Shown here: positions 16,294 through 25,582 of the stretch, piece by piece
Layout: every line of letters begins with the position of its first letter
How positions within the stretch are numbered: the stretch's first letter is position 1
Assembly (NCBI GenBank): GCA_964606485.1
Contig: CAZSGP010000003.1
Coordinates: 270,479 to 334,478 of the forward strand
Origin: an uncultured Planctomycetia bacterium
GTDB taxonomy: Bacteria > Omnitrophota > Gorgyraeia > 2-02-FULL-51-18
DNA: 64,000 bases
Direction of reading: 5' to 3'
Notes under the pieces: generated by a model
Database searches by the model: none
Told to the model about the DNA's origin: nothing
Seen by the model: the letters and a program-made list of their open reading frames with translations, nothing else
Position numbers and translations under genes: made by a program

Positions 16294-17298
16294 ATGAAAA
16301 AATGGCTCTTAAGATACGCTGGTTTTACTGCTGGATTTGTTACACTCTACATCGCATTCATGTGGCTGGCAGCGCTTCCGGTTCTCGATAAGTACCCTCA
16401 CCTGCGATATCTGTTTCTGGATCGTAAAATTGTGAAGCTCGTAACAAATGCCGGCAATCTTGAAGCTGACAATAACGATGGTGCTAATTTATTAAGATTT
16501 CAAGAGCTTCGAAAAACCGGCCAAGTTGATATTTTGGCCCTTGGCTCATCGCATTGTTACATGTCGTTTGATCCGCGCGTATTCTCGCAATACGGACTAT
16601 CCAGTTTTGCGTTGGGTAGCGGCAGCCAAACACCCCTAAACTCCTACTATCTGCTCAAGACCTATTTTCCGCAACTAAAACCCAAATTAGTCATCTTAGA
16701 CGTCTATTCACTCGTCAACGAAAGCGATGATGGACTGGAAAGTTTTTGCGAAATCTTGGTTAGTAGTCCGATCCACGTAAATTTAATTCGAATGGCTATG
16801 GCAACTTCCTCGATGCACGCCTTCAACGCACTAACCTTTGAATGGATGCGGCGAATTTGGCTACCTCTCGAGAATCGGGTTCAATCCCCAACTTTTTCGG
16901 GTGAGTATGTATCCGGCGGTTATGTGGTCGACAATACCACCTTTGACGGTACCGGTTCGTTTAAAAACCGGAATTTGCGTTTGTCAAAAAAGCAGTTGGG
17001 CTACTTAGAAAAGATCATCCGCGCCGTTCAAAAAGAAAACTCAAAGATTGTGCTAGTGACAGTTCCGTACTCGTATGAGTATCGCCAAAGTTTTTTGAAT
17101 GATGAGGAGCTCGCGGGCACCTATCGATTGCTGGCCACAAAACACCACATCTCTTACTATGACTTTAATGCGTTAATGGACACTCGAAACAACGCTTATT
17201 TTTCCGATAAAAGCCATTTGAATGGTTATGGCGCTGAAACCTTTTGCCATCTTTTGATGAAGGTAATAAAATCAGATCCGCTCTATCAGTCGCTCTAA
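16294..17298 (+). CDS. DltD/AlgX/AlgJ-like SGNH-type partner protein of the MBOAT acyltransferase
   Basis: N-terminal membrane anchor MKKWLLRYAGFTAGFVTLYIAFMWL followed by LALGSSHC (a SGNH-like Ser-His region). It starts 8 nt after the MBOAT stop; the ORF begins at 16234. Confidence 0.55.
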   Translation: MKKWLLRYAGFTAGFVTLYIAFMWLAALPVLDKYPHLRYLFLDRKIVKLVTNAGNLEADNNDGANLLRFQELRKTGQVDILALGSSHCYMSFDPRVFSQYGLSSFALGSGSQTPLNSYYLLKTYFPQLKPKLVILDVYSLVNESDDGLESFCEILVSSPIHVNLIRMAMATSSMHAFNALTFEWMRRIWLPLENRVQSPTFSGEYVSGGYVVDNTTFDGTGSFKNRNLRLSKKQLGYLEKIIRAVQKENSKIVLVTVPYSYEYRQSFLNDEELAGTYRLLATKHHISYYDFNALMDTRNNAYFSDKSHLNGYGAETFCHLLMKVIKSDPLYQSL

Positions 17299-19160
17299 TT
17301 TTTACGCCTATAAATGCTGTATGAAAATTTCTTGGGCTTTTCGGTGAAAGAGTACATAAACACTCTCGTGTAATTTTTCTCAAGCTCTTTTGCCAGGAAC
17401 GGCTCAACGCCGCTAGACTCCTCAACCCATACCAACGCAAAGCATTCCCGTTTAAGATACGCCTCGAAGCTGTCATCCGCTTTTTCAAGTGCCTGTCGCT
17501 CAGCCGGCATTACAATTATCGGCAGAGTTCCTTGGTCATAAAAATAACGCCTCTCTCCGGACACCAGCACCCTCTCTCCGGGCTTTAAGTTTTGCTTTAA
17601 ATACTCATAACCCTTAAACGATCGCTCATGCTCTCTCAAATAATCTTCGGTGCTCTGCAGACCGGTAATCACTCCCCAAGAATCGCGCGTGCGGTACAAA
17701 AATAATGCCGAATGAATGATAATCACCAACACAAACAGCACTCGGATCGCCACTCCAGCCAACCGCTTTTGGTCCCACAATGCGTTAAGAGCAACGCCGC
17801 ACCCTAAGGCCAAAAATGGCAAAAGCGCCAAGATGTACCGGATCTGTTGGGACTGGGTAAATAAAAAGAGAATCCCAAAAAATGTGAACGCCGCCATCCA
17901 GCGCGCCGGTGCTGTTGATTGCTTGATTTTAAAAATAAGCGGCGGTAAAAACATGAGGTACAGCGGCCCTAATATCTCACCGCCAAACGGTTTCGGATGC
18001 AGTGTCATGTTCCATAAAAGTTTCAAAAATGCAGCTGGACCGTAACCCAATCCGTCGCGAATATTCATTTCGTATCCGTTCCCCCCAAAAAACGAAGGAA
18101 AAAATGGGTACAACGGATTACCTAAAATCCACCAGCTTCGCAAATACCAAATACCAGCCGTTAAAAATGATCCAAGAAAAAAAAGCGCGCAAGCTTTCAG
18201 TTTGTTTTTTGACCGGATTCCCCAAAAAATGAATAGAATGCCAGCAAAACCGAGCGCCAGGTACTTCGTGGCGAGTGCCCCGCCCATAAAAACCCCCGAC
18301 CACCAGGCCGCGCGGCTCTCACTCTTGTGCTGCACCAGAAATAATTGAACTGAAAGAAACGTAAAAAATGCGAGAGCTAGATCGACATAGGCTTGGCTCG
18401 ACTGAGTAAAGATAGCGGGTGTAAAAATAAATACGGCGGCACCAAGCGCTGCTGAACGAGAACTTGTGTATCGTTTTCCAAAAATGTAAATTGCCGTCGC
18501 GGTTAAAACGTAAAATGCCCAGTGAAATAGCTTGGCCAATGCCGTTCCTTGCAATAAAAGTCCGAGTGTAAAAAGCATTTCGGTTTGCAACGGCCATAGA
18601 GAGGCAAAACTGTAAGGCAAATAGTCGATTCTGCCTTTTAAAATAAAGTCCCGCGGATAAGCCAAATGATACGCAAGCGCGTCACTTTCGATGGGAGGCG
18701 TCAAACACTGAGTCCAAGCTAGAAAAAAAACAGGCGCGATCATTATTGCTAGTCGCCATCCATTCTTCTCAAATCCTAACGGACTGGGTTTAGTTTTAAT
18801 GAGGAAGAATGATCCGAGAAAAAGAAAACAAAGTAACAGCGTAATTGAAACCGTGCTAACAAATCCCGCTATCCCCAAAAGAAGGACTCCCAGCGCAAGG
18901 ACAATAATTCCCGTCCCCATCGCAAAGAAGGCGGTTTCTTCCATAGCGACAGCTGCGGCTCCAAGCCCACCACTCAAATGAATGACTTTTTGGCCGGTTT
19001 GAAGAGCAATTCTTAATATAACCGCCAACCAAACGGATGCTAAAACGGCTTGCAGTAAACCCGTCCGGACAAACTCCATTAAAATGCGCCTTGAATCTTG
19101 GGTAGCAGCACCCAAAACCCGTAGAGAGTCAGCACCAAAATACTCCAAAAAAGGGCGCAA
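17295..19160 (-). CDS. GT-C-fold membrane glycosyltransferase (ArnT/PMT_2-like)
   Basis: 621-aa polytopic protein with about 12 hydrophobic segments and a large C-terminal soluble domain. An acidic-His motif (ESDALAYHLAY) follows the first TM region, as in ArnT/PMT enzymes. Confidence 0.6.
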   Translation of the reverse strand: MRPFLEYFGADSLRVLGAATQDSRRILMEFVRTGLLQAVLASVWLAVILRIALQTGQKVIHLSGGLGAAAVAMEETAFFAMGTGIIVLALGVLLLGIAGFVSTVSITLLLCFLFLGSFFLIKTKPSPLGFEKNGWRLAIMIAPVFFLAWTQCLTPPIESDALAYHLAYPRDFILKGRIDYLPYSFASLWPLQTEMLFTLGLLLQGTALAKLFHWAFYVLTATAIYIFGKRYTSSRSAALGAAVFIFTPAIFTQSSQAYVDLALAFFTFLSVQLFLVQHKSESRAAWWSGVFMGGALATKYLALGFAGILFIFWGIRSKNKLKACALFFLGSFLTAGIWYLRSWWILGNPLYPFFPSFFGGNGYEMNIRDGLGYGPAAFLKLLWNMTLHPKPFGGEILGPLYLMFLPPLIFKIKQSTAPARWMAAFTFFGILFLFTQSQQIRYILALLPFLALGCGVALNALWDQKRLAGVAIRVLFVLVIIIHSALFLYRTRDSWGVITGLQSTEDYLREHERSFKGYEYLKQNLKPGERVLVSGERRYFYDQGTLPIIVMPAERQALEKADDSFEAYLKRECFALVWVEESSGVEPFLAKELEKNYTRVFMYSFTEKPKKFSYSIYRRKN

Positions 19161-19212
19161 TACACGTAGGGAAAATCATTTTTCATAGCGGGTATGTTAT
19201 CACAATTCAAAT

Positions 19213-19240
19213 TGATTTTAGCCCTAAAAAGTCGTAGATT
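19213..19240 (+). promoter_or_regulatory. Candidate sigma70-type promoter (TTGATT-16-TAGATT) for the plus-strand glycan operon
   Basis: Hexamers at 19213..19218 and 19235..19240 lie 7 nt upstream of the ATG at 19248, with AAGG as a possible RBS. Confidence 0.3.
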
Positions 19241-19247
19241 AAGGCCC

Positions 19248-20237
19248 ATGAATTATAATTTTAAGGGTCGCCGCGCGCTCATTACCGGCGGCCTTGGATT
19301 CATCGGCAGTAATCTAGCGCTAAAACTGGTTGAGCTCGGCGCTCACGTCACTTTAGTTGACGCCATGATTCCCGAATATGGCGGCAACCCTTTCAACATC
19401 GAACCCGTCAAAGACAAAGTCACTATTAATTACGGTAATATTTGCGATGCGCACGCGATGAATTGGCTTGTGCGCGACCAAGACTATGTTTTCCATTTGG
19501 CAGGCCAAGTTTCCCACGTCAAAAGTCTTCATGATCCATTTACTGATATTGAATATAACATTAAGGGCACCGCTACGCTTGCCGAAGCCATGCGAACACA
19601 TAACCCCAAAGCAAAGCTCGTATTTACCGGTACGCGCGGCCAATACGGATCCGTGGCAAAGCTCCCCGCTGCAGAAGACACGCCGGTAAATCCCAAGGGA
19701 ATCTACGAAATTACAAATCTGGCCGCCGAACAAATTATTAAAGCCTATCATCGCTCGCACAATCTCCAGGCGGTATTACTTCGCTTGACAAATATCTACG
19801 GTCCCCGCGGCCAGATGAAGCATTCACAGTTTGGCGTTGTAAATTGGTTCGTTAGATTGGCCATTGATGGAAAGACCCTTCCGATTTTCGGAGACGGAAA
19901 AATTCTACGCGACTTTGTTTACGTGGATGACTGTGTGGATGCTATTTTGATGGCAGCCGCAAAACCAGAAGCTGTCGGAGAAATTTTTAATGTTGGTACC
20001 GATAAACCCTCGGATTTTCTAACACTCGCTAAAATCATAACCAGCCAAACCGGTAAGGGGCGTTGGGAATTTGCTCCATTTTCCGAAGAACGAAAAGCTC
20101 AAGAACCCGGTGATTTTTATTCTGACATCTCCAAAATCCGCTCCATTGTCGGCTGGGAGCCTAAGACGAACCTTGAGGACGGCATTCGTCAGACAATCAC
20201 CTATTACCAGCAACACCAATCCCGCTACTGGCCGTGA
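19248..20237 (+). CDS. NAD-dependent epimerase/dehydratase (extended SDR) with an atypical catalytic motif
   Basis: ALITGGLGFIGSNL Rossmann motif and extended-SDR length. The canonical YxxxK reads YEITN (Lys replaced by Asn). Start is taken at the ATG at 19248 (MNYNFKGRRALITGG), downstream of the candidate promoter. Confidence 0.65.
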   Translation: MNYNFKGRRALITGGLGFIGSNLALKLVELGAHVTLVDAMIPEYGGNPFNIEPVKDKVTINYGNICDAHAMNWLVRDQDYVFHLAGQVSHVKSLHDPFTDIEYNIKGTATLAEAMRTHNPKAKLVFTGTRGQYGSVAKLPAAEDTPVNPKGIYEITNLAAEQIIKAYHRSHNLQAVLLRLTNIYGPRGQMKHSQFGVVNWFVRLAIDGKTLPIFGDGKILRDFVYVDDCVDAILMAAAKPEAVGEIFNVGTDKPSDFLTLAKIITSQTGKGRWEFAPFSEERKAQEPGDFYSDISKIRSIVGWEPKTNLEDGIRQTITYYQQHQSRYWP

Positions 20238-21409
20238 TAGAGAAAGGTCGCATCCCAGCTCTGGACGGCGTCCGGGGGCTGGCCATTCTCTTAGTCTTAT
20301 TCCATCACTTTACAATTATCATCCCCCGAACTCGTGTCGAAACTTATTGGAAAGAAATTTCTGAGCTAGGCCGCTACGGCGTAGATCTGTTTTTTGTTCT
20401 ATCCGGCTTTCTAATCACGGGTATCTTGATTAATAGCCGGAACAAACCCGATTATTTTCGGAATTTTTATATCCGCCGCTCACTCCGCATCTTCCCTTTG
20501 TATTATTTATTGGTCATCGGCAGCCTAACGGTGCTTCCAAAGCTGTTAAACCTACTGCCCCCGCCACTTTCCGAGCAAATCGCCTCACAAACGGTCGCGG
20601 GCCACTGGCTTTGGTACGCCACTTATTGCTCCAACTTCTTAATTGCCCTTCAGAACAAGTATTCTCACGGCACCTTAGATATCAGCTGGTCGCTTTGTAT
20701 CGAAGAGCATTTTTATTTAATATGGCCATTTCTTATTTACACCTGCGGAAACAGCACAGTAAAAAAAATTTGTGTTTGGGCTATTTCAGGCGCTCTGGCG
20801 TTGCGTATTTTATTGTGGAGCTTGGGTTTTTCTCGCCTGCAAATCTACGTGCTAACCTTCACGCGTATAGACGCCATCTTATTCGGCGCGCTGCTTGCGG
20901 TGTTATTCGCGGAACCTTCTACCCGAGCCAAATGGGCATCGCTCAGCCGAAAAAAACTATTTCTTGGATTGGGATTTGTGCTGGCAGCGCTCGCTCTCTA
21001 CGGACAATTCCGCTATGATTCCTTTACAATGAACACCATTGGCTACACGGTAGTTGCAATATTCTTTCTACTCCTCATTGATTTATGTCTGCCCGGTCAA
21101 AACGGAAACAACTTTGAAAGATTTTTTGACCATCCTTTCTTTAAATTTTTCGGAAAATACTCCTATGCGCTGTATATTTTTCACCTGCCCTCAACCTACT
21201 TCACCAAACACGTTTTTTTTAGGGGCAACGACTTTCATTCGCTTCCGGGTTTTGCTATACTATGGCAGTTTATTTTTTACGTCATCGCAACACTTGTCAG
21301 CGTTCTCCTAGCTCTGGCAAGCTGGAATTTATTAGAAAAACCAATGCTTTCTCTAAAAGAGAAATTGACAAAAATGAAGCCGGTCAATGCCGTCCATCCA
21401 AAACTCTAG
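20234..21409 (+). CDS. Acyltransferase family 3 (OafA/YrhL-type) integral membrane O-acyltransferase
   Basis: [18 protein letters not shown]-terminal motif and about 10 TM segments. ATGA overlap with the upstream gene. Confidence 0.75.
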   Translation: MIEKGRIPALDGVRGLAILLVLFHHFTIIIPRTRVETYWKEISELGRYGVDLFFVLSGFLITGILINSRNKPDYFRNFYIRRSLRIFPLYYLLVIGSLTVLPKLLNLLPPPLSEQIASQTVAGHWLWYATYCSNFLIALQNKYSHGTLDISWSLCIEEHFYLIWPFLIYTCGNSTVKKICVWAISGALALRILLWSLGFSRLQIYVLTFTRIDAILFGALLAVLFAEPSTRAKWASLSRKKLFLGLGFVLAALALYGQFRYDSFTMNTIGYTVVAIFFLLLIDLCLPGQNGNNFERFFDHPFFKFFGKYSYALYIFHLPSTYFTKHVFFRGNDFHSLPGFAILWQFIFYVIATLVSVLLALASWNLLEKPMLSLKEKLTKMKPVNAVHPKL

Positions 21410-22505
21410 CGCCGTACGTTTTGGCGATTTATCCCGTGAGTACTCTGCCCTCAAAAGTGAAATTGATTCGGTTGTCGGAAATGTTCTTACCAGCGGCTCA
21501 TTTATCTTAGGACAAGAGCTGGTTCACTTTGAAAAAGCGTTTTCTGCATATCTAGGAATACCTCACTGCGTCGGAGTCGCCTCTGGCACCGAGGCAATTG
21601 CGATTGCTCTTTTAGCTTGCGGCGTTAAGCCGGGCGACGAAGTGATCACCGTTTCTTATACTGCCCCGCCAACCGCCATGGCCATTTCTATGATTGGAGC
21701 CGTCCCAAAATTCGTGGATATTGAGGAGCGCTCTTGCTTAATGGACATTTCAAAATTTGAACAAGCCGTAACCCCCAAAACAAAAGCTGTGGTTCCGGTC
21801 CACATGTACGGTCAATGCGTGGATATGGACCCCCTCTTAAAAATTGCGCGTGCGCATGGTTGCCGCGTTGTTGAAGATTGCGCGCATGCCCATGGAGCGA
21901 CTTACAACGGCAAAAAAGCCGGCACCTTGGGTGACGCAGCCGCTTTCAGCTTTTATCCCACGAAAAATCTCGGCGCCTATGGTGATGGCGGCGCGGTCAC
22001 GACGAATGACGCCGCCATCTATGAGAAGGTCCGTCTATTGCGCAATTATGGCTTGCAAAAGCGCGGACACTACACGCTAAAAGGTTGGAACAGCCGCCTC
22101 GATGAAATACAAGCCGCGATTTTAAGCGTTAAGCTTAAACACCTGGACCAATGGAATCTTCGCCGCCGTGCCATTGCCGCTCGGTATCAAAATGGGTTAT
22201 CGGGGCTTAATCTTAAGCTTCCCCAGGAAATACCGGGACGCTTTTCGGTGTATCATCTCTATGTCGCACACACTGCGCGACGCGATCAGGCAATCAACTA
22301 TCTGAAAGAACGCGGCGTCGAGGCCATGGACCACTACGCATTTGCTTCACACACACTGGAAGCGTTTAAAAATCTTTCTTCCCCTTCACTTCCGGTCACC
22401 GAACAAAAGGCCGCCCAATCTTTGTCACTGCCCATCTACCCTTATTTACAGGATTCCGAAGTCGACCGTGTCATCGAAGCTGTGAGGGATTTTTTCAAAT
22501 CATGA
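21387..22505 (+). CDS. DegT/DnrJ/EryC1-family PLP-dependent sugar aminotransferase (ArnB-like)
   Basis: Typical sugar aminotransferase sequence ([29 protein letters not shown]). Confidence 0.8.
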   Translation: MPSIQNSSAVRFGDLSREYSALKSEIDSVVGNVLTSGSFILGQELVHFEKAFSAYLGIPHCVGVASGTEAIAIALLACGVKPGDEVITVSYTAPPTAMAISMIGAVPKFVDIEERSCLMDISKFEQAVTPKTKAVVPVHMYGQCVDMDPLLKIARAHGCRVVEDCAHAHGATYNGKKAGTLGDAAAFSFYPTKNLGAYGDGGAVTTNDAAIYEKVRLLRNYGLQKRGHYTLKGWNSRLDEIQAAILSVKLKHLDQWNLRRRAIAARYQNGLSGLNLKLPQEIPGRFSVYHLYVAHTARRDQAINYLKERGVEAMDHYAFASHTLEAFKNLSSPSLPVTEQKAAQSLSLPIYPYLQDSEVDRVIEAVRDFFKS

Positions 22506-23437
22506 AAACGCTGTCCATCGTCGTTCCTGTTTACTGTAATTCCGGCAGCCTTCAGGCTCTCAAGGTAGAATTCGACAAAGTTGCAGCGGCGCTTTCAGAG
22601 TACGTCTGCGAATTCGTTTTCGTTGATGACGGCTCTCCTGACGATTCTTATTTGGTATTAAAGGAATTAGCCGCAGATCCCCGCGTGCGCGTGGTCAAGC
22701 TTTCGCGCAATTTCGGATCAAATGCGGCTATCCACGCAGGTCTTACACACGCCAAGGGCGACGCCGTGGCCATCATATCCGCTGATCTCCAAGATCCCCC
22801 AGAAATGATTCCCGATCTCGTCCGCTCCTGGGAAAAAGGTTTTTCTGTAGTATTAGCCGCGCGGAACAACCGAGAGGACGGCCTTCTCACGCGCTTTTTT
22901 TCCAATATTTTCAACCAGCTCTTCCGCAAATTCGTATTTCGAGATTTCCCGCGCGGGGGCTTTGATTTTCTGCTCATCGACAAAAAAGTGGTGACGATTC
23001 TTGTTGATTTGGCCGAGAAAAATTCTTATATTTTTGGACAAGTGCTCTGGGTTGGCTTTAAGCGCACAGTTCTTTACTACAATCGTCGTCAACGCCACAG
23101 CGGCCGCTCTCATTGGACATTCTTGAAAAAAATTAAGTACTTCATCGACGCTTTTACTGCATTCTCCTACTTGCCTATACGGCTTATGTCAGCACTCGGC
23201 TTCATCATGGCAACGCTTGGAATTCTTTATGCTGGCACCGTTGTGATTTTATCGAGGGTCTTTTATTACAAAATTCCCACAGGCTGGGCGTCGCTGGTAA
23301 TCATCATTCTGACCGTTTCAGGCACCCAGTTAATTCTAATGGGCGTGCTTGGCGAGTATCTCTGGCGTGTACTAGATGAATCGCGTCGGAGACCGCTCTA
23401 CGTCGTTGAATCCGTCGACGAAAAAATCCAACCATGA
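22502..23437 (+). CDS. GT2 polyprenyl-phosphate glycosyltransferase with C-terminal TM helices (ArnC/GtrB/CsbB-like)
   Basis: VVPVYCN...VDDGSPD...DLQDPPE GT-A motifs. Two C-terminal hydrophobic helices ([43 protein letters not shown]) are typical of ArnC/GtrB. Confidence 0.8.
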   Translation: MKTLSIVVPVYCNSGSLQALKVEFDKVAAALSEYVCEFVFVDDGSPDDSYLVLKELAADPRVRVVKLSRNFGSNAAIHAGLTHAKGDAVAIISADLQDPPEMIPDLVRSWEKGFSVVLAARNNREDGLLTRFFSNIFNQLFRKFVFRDFPRGGFDFLLIDKKVVTILVDLAEKNSYIFGQVLWVGFKRTVLYYNRRQRHSGRSHWTFLKKIKYFIDAFTAFSYLPIRLMSALGFIMATLGILYAGTVVILSRVFYYKIPTGWASLVIIILTVSGTQLILMGVLGEYLWRVLDESRRRPLYVVESVDEKIQP

Positions 23438-24093
23438 AGCGTGGCCAAAACGTTACCATTTATCCTAATGTATCAATTGGCAAAGACTGCATCCTCTTTG
23501 ACGGCGCCGTAATCGGTCGTCCGCCGATGGCCACAAAGACAATGAACCGTTTAATTCCAAAAAAAATTCCGGGCCTCAAAATCGGCTCCTCCTGCATCAT
23601 TGGAGCCAACAGTGTTCTGTATACGGGTAGCCGGCTTGGCGACGGCGTCTTAATAGGAGATCTCGCCTCAATCCGCGAAGGCTGTCAAATCGGAGAAGGG
23701 TCGGTGATTGGACGCGGTGCCATGTTGCTTTATGACTGCATGATTGGAAACTACGTTCGCATTCAAGATCAAGTGCATATTGCCGGAAAAACCATAATTG
23801 AGGATCATACTTTTATTGGTATGGGGGTAGTGACGTCCAACGATAACGATGTCTATTTGTCCCGTTTCGGCTTGGCGCCATTACGCCATCAAAAACTGGT
23901 AATTCGTAAATATGCTTTTATCGGCGTCAACGCCACACTCTTGCCGGGGATCGAAATTGGGAGAGGCGCCATCGTTGCGGCCGGTGCCGTAGTCACAAAA
24001 GATGTTCCAGCTTGGACAATGGTGGCCGGCGTCCCGGCGCGCCATTTTAAAAATATACCCAATGATTGGCGCCGCAAAGTAGAAAAAAAATAA
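23434..24093 (+). CDS. Left-handed beta-helix (hexapeptide repeat) acyl/acetyltransferase
   Basis: Repeated [LIV]G-x-x-x-x-I hexapeptides throughout the 219-aa protein. ATGA overlap with the upstream GT2 gene. Confidence 0.7.
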   Translation: MKRGQNVTIYPNVSIGKDCILFDGAVIGRPPMATKTMNRLIPKKIPGLKIGSSCIIGANSVLYTGSRLGDGVLIGDLASIREGCQIGEGSVIGRGAMLLYDCMIGNYVRIQDQVHIAGKTIIEDHTFIGMGVVTSNDNDVYLSRFGLAPLRHQKLVIRKYAFIGVNATLLPGIEIGRGAIVAAGAVVTKDVPAWTMVAGVPARHFKNIPNDWRRKVEKK

Positions 24094-24103
24094 AGCAAAA
24101 CCC

Positions 24104-25582
24104 ATGACACCTTCTCCAAGCCTCTTTTATTATCTCTACAAACTACTAGAAACTAATCGGTACACAGGTTATCTTCTGTTGTTGGTAGCAGCGCTACCTT
24201 TCCTGAAATTTATTAAACTACCAAAGTTCTCCCCCAAAATAACATTGATTCTAATCCTCCTGCTGGGCGCTCTCTTAAGGTTAGGTTGGCTTGGATTTTC
24301 AAGTCACACCCCCAAAACATCCTACGCTCAGGGATCAATCTATGAAGGCGACATCATTAATATTCATGCCGTTGATATTACACGTGGCGTATGGTTTTAT
24401 AATTCCGAAAATCTACCCTCTGCCCGCAGGCCCATCGGCTACCCGGTCGTCCTCGGCGTTTTTTATAAGCTTTTTGGCGTAAGTACGGCTGTAGCCTACG
24501 GGTTGCACCTGGCGCTGCATCTAGCAACAATCCTTCTGCTTTATTTAATCGGTAAGCGGCTATTCGGCGAAGGTCCGGGGCTTTTGGCGGCATTTCTCTT
24601 CTCTATTTACCCCATTTCTATTTACAGCATCAAGCTGATTACGGACGAAAACCTTTTCCTGTCCATTTGGTACGCTGGGCTCTATTTATTAATCCGGGAC
24701 ATTTCCGGACGGCGCATTCCTTTCGCGCCGCTCTGGTATGGAATTATTTTTGGTTATGCTGCCATGACACGAACGCATGTCATTTTTATGCCTCTCGTCG
24801 TTGCGTTGGCATATTTGCTAGTAAAGCGTTCTTGGAGAAAAATTATCACTGCTTTTATTATCACAGCGCTCGCCATGCAGCTTGTAAATCTGCCCTGGAT
24901 CCTGCGCAATTACCATGTCTGGAAAACATTCGTCCCCTACACACTGAACGGACGCGGCATCTATTCGGCGGTCAACTCCACCTCAACCCCTGAGGGCGGG
25001 CAAGTGCCGGAGCGCGGCCAACCAGGATACTCGGAGGAACTAGAAGCCGCTGTCAAGTCGGAGAATATTTTAAGCGTCCATCGCATATCCAATCATCTGA
25101 TGACGCGCTGGATCATAGAACATCCGGTTGATTTTTTAGACTTGGGCTCAAAGCGGCTGGTTGTTTTTTTGGGTTGGCAACGCTTAGGCGTCTGGCCAAT
25201 TTGGTTCCAGTATTATGATAATCATTTTGATCCAACCAGGCCAATTTCGCAAAAATTTAAAGACTCGCTTGAGGAATATGCTTATATTTTTTACTATATT
25301 CTCTTCTTCGCCTTCTTCTTTTCCCTTGTACTAGTTTTCAGGAAAAGAAAATCACTTACTCCGGAGATGCGCAACGGTATCATCGTAGTAGGGGCGTGCT
25401 TTCTATTGTACTGCGCGGAACAAATGATTATTTACCCCGACCGGAAATACCGCTATCCCCTCGAACCGCTGATGATTCTTTTTGCTTCCTACTGGATCGT
25501 TTATTGGGCGGAATCATTCCGCTGGAGGGAAATGAAAATTATTTCGTGGGTAAACCGAAAGTTTCTAAAAAAAATTATCTAG
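24104..25582 (+). CDS. GT-C-fold membrane glycosyltransferase (ArnT/PMT_2-like)
   Basis: 492-aa polytopic membrane protein with an acidic-His motif after TM1 (SIYEGDIINIHAVD). It immediately follows the aminotransferase, GT2 and acetyltransferase genes, in an Arn-like gene order. Confidence 0.6.
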   Translation: MTPSPSLFYYLYKLLETNRYTGYLLLLVAALPFLKFIKLPKFSPKITLILILLLGALLRLGWLGFSSHTPKTSYAQGSIYEGDIINIHAVDITRGVWFYNSENLPSARRPIGYPVVLGVFYKLFGVSTAVAYGLHLALHLATILLLYLIGKRLFGEGPGLLAAFLFSIYPISIYSIKLITDENLFLSIWYAGLYLLIRDISGRRIPFAPLWYGIIFGYAAMTRTHVIFMPLVVALAYLLVKRSWRKIITAFIITALAMQLVNLPWILRNYHVWKTFVPYTLNGRGIYSAVNSTSTPEGGQVPERGQPGYSEELEAAVKSENILSVHRISNHLMTRWIIEHPVDFLDLGSKRLVVFLGWQRLGVWPIWFQYYDNHFDPTRPISQKFKDSLEEYAYIFYYILFFAFFFSLVLVFRKRKSLTPEMRNGIIVVGACFLLYCAEQMIIYPDRKYRYPLEPLMILFASYWIVYWAESFRWREMKIISWVNRKFLKKII

